A stretch of DNA of 54,503 bases, the filler included, from Trypethelium eluteriae (Eukaryota): assembly GCA_051942245.1 (NCBI GenBank). It is 3 parts of 3 records of this genome, joined end to end, with 100 filler letters (N's around TTAATTAATTAA, not from the genome) between each part and the next. Parts side by side here need not be neighbours in the genome. Positions count along the whole stretch, not along the records: positions 36,491 to 54,503 come from JAVECL010000574.1; 2 more parts are not named here. One strand, given 5' to 3'. Made by a program: the position numbers and the translations under genes. This document shows, in pieces, positions 48,963 through 54,503 of this stretch. The notes under the pieces were generated by a model, which worked only from the letters and a program-made list of their open reading frames with translations, was not told where the DNA came from and made no database searches. Every line of letters begins with the position of its first letter. Positions within the stretch are counted from its first letter, which is position 1.

Positions 48963-50633
48963 TTTTGATTGTGAAGGCGATGATCTCTGCGCGCAGGCTG
49001 ATACCGGGGTGATTAGAAGAAGAGCCTCTGTCGAGCTCGTGCGAAGTGGCACTCTGCAAGCTCGGCTGTAAGGGTATCAGAAAGAGCGACGAGCCGGAGA
49101 AATCTCCAGCGCAAGTGGTGTTAGGATGTTTTCAGTGCAAGCTGCAGTCAAGATTGGACGGTGATCGGCCGCGGAAAGATCTCCAGCAGTGGACCACCTT
49201 ACCTAAGCCGCTGAGGTTAGGTACCTTTAGCGTAACCAGAAATCGGTAGGTTCAGATCAGAGTGAGATAACCACTAAGAATCGCGCAATGTCAAAGTCAG
49301 GATGCAACCGTACAGCTGACCGTCCAATTCCTTGATCAGTACAATACAAATTGGAGAAGGCGACCAAGTCTATGCGTACGCCTATAAAGCATTTGTTACG
49401 AGGCGTTCTGGAATCGATGCTGCCGGATCAGGTCTAGTCCGGATGCATCGGTTTTTGCATAAGCTAAGTTCTAACACGCTTAATGTAGCTAGGGTACGCC
49501 GACCCCAAGCTTCAAAAAACAGATGTATGCTGCCAAGACCTGTCATGGAGTTAGCACACCTCCATTTCACTTCCACCTCACTTCCACCTCCTCTGAAACT
49601 TGCCAGCATTGCCAATTATTGTGTCATCTACAATAAATTGTCTGCCACTCATATAACACGGTGTTTCACCGCCTCAAGCTCTGCTAAAAGCTACCTAACT
49701 TATATATGGTTTGCAGTCCATCTCCTTATAAAGCAAATTCATAATGCGAAACTCCAAGGACATAAACAAAGCATGAGATGGTGTCTGTAGCATGTGCAGA
49801 TTTTTCGGTTTTCGCGCAAGATAATCTACAATATTGTAGTTTTGTGGCCGTCTTAAGCTTCATGTAGTTTTTAATTTGTCTGTCTTCTGTCCTTAAGGTA
49901 TAGACTGGACAGATGTGCATATGATTCTGGAACTCGGAGCAATATATTGACTGTATACTAGATTTCCTGCTTCGGTTGCATCATCATGGGCAAGCGAGTA
50001 ACAAAAAGTATTGCCTCTGGTGTGGAACCTGACGATAGGCTCAATTACGGAGTACATGTTTGGCGGTGCTTTATTGTACTCGCAAGCATCACGCGTTGCA
50101 TATCGGAAACTAGCTTCTTCAATTCATACAGTCTTACTGGTGCTGCGATGGCACTGATTAAATTAAGTAAAGAGCAGAAGTCGCCAAATTAGCAGCTACT
50201 CGTCTTATCTCGCGTGGTACCATATCTTCGGAACGTCCAGGAGCTGGTAGCTTAATTGACTCCGTGTTACTCCTTCCTGCATGCTGAACTGCTATCCAAA
50301 ACCTCGAATTCCCAACACAATCATGACAAAGCCCACAGGAAATACAATCATCGACACTGCATGTCCTGTTTCTGGCTTTGCCTAACGAACCTGCTCACGA
50401 TGGTGATGTTGCGGCGTCGTGTGAGCAATCAGCATGCCTGAGACTATGTGCCCGAGCTTCTCATCGTGAATCTCTTTGCTAGGGGCGAGAAAATTGTAGC
50501 CTACCAAGAATGAATTGAATTGAGATAGTAAAACAGGGTATCTTGAAACTATCAGCGTAGACCATATCGCATCTATAAAGGTCCCTCAGAGGCTCAGACA
50601 GAGACTCCACACCTTTGATTCATCTCACGCTTT

Positions 50634-51066
50634 TCATTTTGCACTATTGATTTCGGGCGGACTCGGAGCCTCTTCCCTCGCCTTCTTAAATGCCCTCGCC
50701 CATAATGCAGCAGCACCATCCTCAAGCCCATCTCTTACCCCGTTCCAATCCACCGCGTAGAGCCTCCTTACCGCATTCTCGAGTTCCGCATTCCATCGAT
50801 CCTTCCAAGCCTCACTCCAATTCAAGCGCGCTTCCCATGTAGTGGGTAGAGATGGCAGAGGGGCAGGCTCGACAAAGTTGTTAAGGGTTGCGGCCTGGTG
50901 TCGGAGGAGCGTGGATTGTGCGGCGCGATTACGTTGGTGAATAGCGATGCTGAGATAGAGTAGAGAGGTCGTGAGAGTGACGCCTCCGATCTGAGGGCTC
51001 ATAGTCAGAAAGATTGTTATTTAGATGAATCCTGGGAGGTTATACAAAGCCTGTGGTGAAGCCCAT
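50634..51066 (-). CDS. mic12: MICOS complex subunit Mic12 (Aim5-like); 2 exons
   Basis: Spliced MGFTTGF|IGGVTLTTSLLYLSIAIHQRNR..Q..LL and the KDRWNAELENAVR motif. Confidence 0.78.
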
Positions 51067-51459
51067 TGCAAGCGCCAATTTGTTGACTTTCAGAGAGTGA
51101 ATATTTGGAAGCAAGATCCCCGCAGGCTTTTTAAAGTTGACTGGGTACCTTCAATCCAATGAGAATTCAGGTATCCATGCGTGCCATGTTGTCGAAGCAA
51201 AATTCCCAATCCGAGATGAGCATGTGTCGTTCGGAGGTCGGGACGGGAGGTGGAAACTTTGCGGCCAAAATTGAAGGCTGTCTCCACCAATCTATATTTC
51301 CGTATCAAGCAAGTACCCTCTACTAAAACAAGCAATATCGTGGCTTTCTCTGTCAAAGGAGAACCATACTAGAGACCTATCCACTTGACTCTGCAGTAGT
51401 CCAATATCTGCGACCACGTGTGAGATTACCGATCCCTCAACTGAGAACCTTTCCCCATC

Positions 51460-52139
51460 ATGGCCGGCGGACACATGAAATATCGGACGTTGTCACGGAA
51501 GTCATCACACAGACAAGCATTGCTCAAAAATCTCGTCACATCACTTTTCGAGCACGAGTCGATATGCACAACGTGGCACAAAGCAAAGGAAGCTCAGCGT
51601 CTAGCCGAGAAGCTCATCACGTTGGGTAAGAGGAACACAGAAGCTAGCAAGAGGAGTGCGCATTCAAAAGTGTTTGTAAGTCTTCAAGCCACGATGCTAT
51701 TCAAAAAGCATTCTCAGCAATCTATCTGTTCAAAAATAGTGACTTCAATGCACAGAGACCTCTACAAACTGTCCCAAGACTCTTCGGGCCGCTTAGAGAA
51801 CGCTATGCCGACAGAGCCGGAGGCTATACCCGTGTTTCGCTCTTAGAACCAGTCAAAGAAGACCAAGCACGTTCGGCATTACTGGAGCTGGTGGATGGGC
51901 CTAGGGATATGCGGTTTGCTATGACAGCGAGGACATTGGCTAGGCTAAGGGAAAAGGGGCAAGAGATCAACGATATTACTGCCAACAACATCCGCAAGGT
52001 CACACGTTTCCGGGAAGACGGTGAGAATGCACTGGAAGAAATGGTCCAGAAATTTGAGAAGCTGGCAGCGGAGGGAGACAAAGGAGCGACGAAGGTCGAG
52101 CAGAAAAAGGTGTACCCAGAATCCACATTAGGAAGATAA
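51460..52139 (+). CDS. mrpl8: Mitochondrial ribosomal protein bL17m (MrpL8); exons 51460-51675, 51756-52139
   Basis: Motifs [50 protein letters not shown] and [19 protein letters not shown]. Confidence 0.93.
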
Positions 52140-52426
52140 TACTCTCGCTTCAGTGAATATGGCTTGCAAGTTCAGGTATATGTGCTATGTGTTCCGCTTG
52201 CCTTAAAAAGGCCCCATTATTTTGAAGGGATGGTGTCGCATGGACCGCGCGTCCTGGCTGCTGTTGCTTTCGGTGTACCATGGTTCATAGGGAGGACATT
52301 AATGATAGGAAATATTCCTGTCTCTACTAACGCCAGCTCACTCTTTTTTTTCTCTCGGACTATAACGGGCTCACTTACAGCCTTATTGCTGACATCCTTT
52401 ACAACCACGCTAGGTCATCCATCAAG

Positions 52427-53251
52427 ATGCATATTTACTTCGATGACAACGGCTATGTCATCGATCACGAGGACGTCTTGGCACAGTCGCCAGAACAAGG
52501 CCGCTCGATACAATCTGAGAAATCATCCCCGACAGCCTTCTACTACGAGCAAAAATTCAAACAATTGCGCAAACAGTCTCAGCATCATCAGACACGGACT
52601 GAATCGAGAAATGAGGGATCGAGCCATACGAAGACATTGTCATGTACTGCTTCAACCTCCGCTTTTGATGTCTCGAATTTAAGACCCTCAGGGCGTTCGA
52701 GGTCTCCTTCTCCTGATTCGACCTACACCGTCGCAAGCGAACTAGTCGACCCAGGCTCCCCATCCACTGCGTCAACCCGTACCATCGTAGGCGATCCATG
52801 CTCTCCATCCACTAGATCGACCCAGACCGATGTAAGCGACCTGGTCGACACAGATTCCCAATTTATTCCGTCCATCAATACTTTTGGTGGCGATACCATT
52901 TCCAATGCAGACATGGAGTCCTTCAGTTCGGCTGAAGAAGACCTGCTGGACGAGCAAACCTTTGCGGCCGAGATTGAGTTAGCGATCGAACCAATCGCCA
53001 CACGTGAGGAGGGCCGAATGAATCAAACAGTCCCAATTGGCGAAGGAAACTTCATGGGTGCAGAGGCAGACGAAGTGTTCAGTAATATGATCCAGGAAGA
53101 TGTTGCTGAGGCTGTTCGGCATCTGCGACAACTTGAAGACTTCGTTGATTTCCAGCCATGGGTTCCTCTCCCTACGCCTGATCCTCTGACGGAATTGGAG
53201 TATCTGATGGCTCATCGCCGACCTAAATGGCGCGGATCGCCAAGTTCTTGA
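52427..53251 (+). CDS. Hypothetical Ser/Asp/Glu-rich protein, 274 aa
   Basis: ATG-initiated 825-nt ORF with protein-like acidic composition. No recognised motif. Confidence 0.45.
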   Translation: MHIYFDDNGYVIDHEDVLAQSPEQGRSIQSEKSSPTAFYYEQKFKQLRKQSQHHQTRTESRNEGSSHTKTLSCTASTSAFDVSNLRPSGRSRSPSPDSTYTVASELVDPGSPSTASTRTIVGDPCSPSTRSTQTDVSDLVDTDSQFIPSINTFGGDTISNADMESFSSAEEDLLDEQTFAAEIELAIEPIATREEGRMNQTVPIGEGNFMGAEADEVFSNMIQEDVAEAVRHLRQLEDFVDFQPWVPLPTPDPLTELEYLMAHRRPKWRGSPSS

Positions 53252-53992
53252 ACAGACGCCAAAGCCTTTAATAGACACCTCGCGCAGGGGGTCCGCCCGC
53301 ATCATTCCCATCATCGAGCGCACGCTTTGACAATTAGCTGGAGTATACGCATGCGGTAGTGATCAGGGATCTCGATGGTCTCACCTCTGTCCTTTCTTCA
53401 CTACCCTCGTTGGCTAGGCTTCATGGATGAAGCTGGTCAACCTGGTTGATGTCGGAAGTGAGCGTGGTTTAAGCATCCAAACTTTCATGAATGGCCGGCA
53501 GGACACGAGGTTCTTATCATCTGAAGTCATGCCGCGTCAATAATCAAAAATATGAAGAGTGAGTGTAAGTTATTGTTTACACTCGCTGTGAGAGTCTTTT
53601 AACAACACACATATCACAACAAACAGCACCCCACCCTGCTCTGCCACTCCATCGCAAGAAACTTAAAGGCTACCCACATCTTCTTGGTCTAATATTTACT
53701 TCTTAACCAAGGAGGCTCTATTTTCTCGTGCATACGCCATCTACCACCGTCGACCACCGACATAAGTTCTGTACCTCGCCCAGAGAGCTGGGCACCCTTT
53801 TCGCAATCTTGGATCTCGACATTGTCAAACGTCAGCGAAAGTCTTGTAAGGCTTCAAGCGTTCAGACTATAACGATCTGTTACCACCACATCAAGAGACA
53901 GCGACCAATTTTCAAGCACGTCTATTGAATCTCAGGGCTCCCCTGGTCCATCAACGCGGATCACTATATTGGATTAACTCTCTCAAGCGATT

Positions 53993-54503
53993 ATGTGCCT
54001 CCGGACGAACTACACTTTCACTTGCGCTCACAACCTCATCCTCACCACCCAGCGCTGCCCCTCCCAACTACACCCTCGCAAGCCACCCATCCCTTGCCAG
54101 TGGTTCAACATCCAAGAGGAGGCTATCTCCGGTTTGTGCCCAGGCTGCATCGTAATAGCCAAGGCAGCCGAAGCAGAAGCCGCCGCATCGAGTCTACACA
54201 CCACCACCCAGACCGAGATTCCCCCTCTTCCTACGACCAACTACAGCATCCCTGTAACCACCGACCACATCGCCGAAGCCCACGCCCTTTCGGCCCGCCA
54301 CGCCGCCGAGCTACACCATCTCTCAACCCAGCAAGCCGCCGAGCTGCAGCGCCTCGCCATGCAGCACGCCTCCGCACACGCCCATCCCGCTCCTTCACTC
54401 CCACTCTCGCCACCATCGCCACCTCGACAACAACAACAACCACCGTCACTATCACTGCCACTGCCACTCCCACCACCACCAACACCAACCGACTCCCTCC
54501 ACC
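53993..54503 (+). CDS. Protein with an N-terminal Cys/His (putative Zn-binding) motif, running off the window end; not in the supplied ORF track
   Basis: MCLRTNYTFTCAHNLILTTQRCPSQLHPRKPPIPCQWFNIQEEAISGLCPGC..., open to the end of the window. Matches the MC-x-C[GA]H-x-C-x-C-x-CxxC pattern common in fungal hypothetical proteins. Confidence 0.7.
   Translation, partial: MCLRTNYTFTCAHNLILTTQRCPSQLHPRKPPIPCQWFNIQEEAISGLCPGCIVIAKAAEAEAAASSLHTTTQTEIPPLPTTNYSIPVTTDHIAEAHALSARHAAELHHLSTQQAAELQRLAMQHASAHAHPAPSLPLSPPSPPRQQQQPPSLSLPLPLPPPPTPTDSLH

Noticed and set aside
54231..54488. Minus-strand Val/Arg-rich 85-aa ORF
   Set aside because: It is the antisense shadow of the C-rich plus-strand ORF starting at 53993.

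Overview
Eukaryotic DNA from a filamentous ascomycete (Pezizomycotina-type): short GT..AG introns with CTRAC/CTAAC branch points and about one gene per 2.3 kb. The window is three contigs joined by artificial 100-nt N44-TTAATTAATTAA-N44 spacers (18239-18338, 36391-36490), so adjacency across them is not real evidence. It holds about 23 protein-coding genes and one F-box pseudogene. Housekeeping genes: mitochondrial adenylate kinase, LETM1/Mdm38, Nop14 (partial), MDP-1, Rsp5/HulA, Pab2, Mic12, MRPL17. Accessory genes: an ASST-like protein, three PTH11-like 7TM proteins, an FAD monooxygenase, an S10 carboxypeptidase, two APC permeases, a stand-alone ATP-grasp enzyme and a Prx-like redoxin. The most notable observations are: (1) a PTH11-like receptor fused in frame to a FucP-type MFS transporter, directly downstream of a GPI-anchored 8-Cys CFEM-like gene; (2) an intronless ATP-grasp enzyme among permeases, a redoxin and a receptor; (3) recurring sharp C-rich to G-rich strand-skew switches that cut through exons; (4) a ~2080-aa coiled-coil protein with hidden 14-aa His and 30-aa repeats; (5) 7-nt and 24-nt microexons flanking an intronic G-quadruplex motif. 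All family calls come from motif recognition, not database searches.
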